Shown: positions 63,075 to 64,000 of the stretch, one piece after another
Numbering within the stretch: position 1 is the first letter of the stretch
How the letters are laid out: each line of letters starts with the position of its first letter
DNA from: Enoplolaimus lenunculus
Taxonomy: Eukaryota
DNA: 64,000 nt
Direction: 5' to 3'
Assembly (NCBI GenBank): GCA_030248215.1
Contig: JASANG010003696.1
Span: 310,001-374,000, forward strand
Position numbers and translations under genes: made by a program
The notes under the pieces: model-generated
Told to the model about the DNA's origin: nothing
The model's database searches: none
What the model saw: the letters and a program-made list of their open reading frames with translations, nothing else

Positions 63075-64000
63075 AATTGGCAATTTTTTTCACGATCCCG
63101 TATTCTCAACTGTGCGTAGCATATATCATCAGTTAGTAACAGGTTTTCAAACAAGTGAACTGTGCTAATTGCAAATTTGAAATTTTGTACCGCAAGTAGG
63201 GTTAAATATATACGTACAAAATGTGGCAAATTTTAAAGTATATTAACTTGACATCAACTTGTGATCGTTGCTACACACATTTAAAAAAATATGGGACAAG
63301 ATTTGAGTTGAGTTTAAAGATATTGATCGAATTAAAAGTATATATTTGAAATGGCAACTTTTGGACCAAATTTCGGTGATTTGGTTAAAATGCCATGGTT
63401 TTTCAAAGTTTGTTTAAACGCCGCAAGCTGAGAGTCATAAGCTAAATGTACATATTTTTAAGGTAAAAGCTAAAAAATTTTGTATTTAAAATAACTTTTA
63501 CGTAATTATTCTATCAAAATTGAAAAAATAACTGTTTTGCGTAAATAAGTTGTCTGAAAATGTTGGTATTGTTTCGTAACTCAAATAATGTCAGAACATT
63601 TTTGCAGACAGGTTGGAGGCCGTCCTTTTTACAGGTGCTTTGTTTTTCGAGTACCTTTATTTCAGAATTGTTGGAACCTTTAATACAAGGCATCAGGATT
63701 GTAGCCAGGGCGCCTTGATAGAGAGTTAAACATTTCTTGAAAGGGTATACAAGTGTTTTCGATGACGTACAATTCATACATTTATTACTGTAGTTGAAAC
63801 GAAAAAATCCGAATCGTATACCCATACCGTAATACAACTGGAGGTCTGCCTGGCTCCGGCAAAATGTTTGCCGGAGGTTCCGGCAATTTCAGTAGTAAAA
63901 TTGTACATAATTTTTTCAAAATTTATCTGTTTAGCGCGTTTTGTTTTATTTTTGTCACTATTTCCAGGATAGAATTTTTATGAATATTAGCGTAAAACAA

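Overview
Eukaryotic, AT-rich, intron- and repeat-dense DNA. The abundant GCCTAA/TTAGGC hexamer (the nematode telomere repeat) and GT-AG introns with TTTCAG-like acceptors point to a repeat-rich nematode; the species cannot be fixed from sequence alone. Four plus-strand spliced genes can be assembled with consistent exon phases: (1) a type-I membrane protein with four thrombospondin type-1 (TSP1) repeats (about 3.8-20.2 kb, 5' end unresolved), (2) PEX14 (27.6-29.5 kb), (3) a 184-aa single-pass membrane protein of unknown family (50.3-52.6 kb), (4) a 398-aa Sts/UBASH3-like histidine phosphatase lacking UBA/SH3 (56.8-63.1 kb). The rest is a nested patchwork of mobile DNA: a degenerate RTE-like LINE, hAT-, Tc1/mariner-, Harbinger- and piggyBac-type MITEs, Helentron-like elements, a solo-LTR-like element and several tandem arrays. 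The most striking signal is a dense family of about 200-bp MITEs (GGCC termini, 8-bp TSD) that carry telomere-repeat arrays. Other highlights: a piggyBac MITE with an embedded tRNA/SINE head, exon-junction tandem duplications in two genes, and an HDV-ribozyme-like fold at the LINE 5' end. Most short ORFs in the supplied track are spurious translations of repeats.
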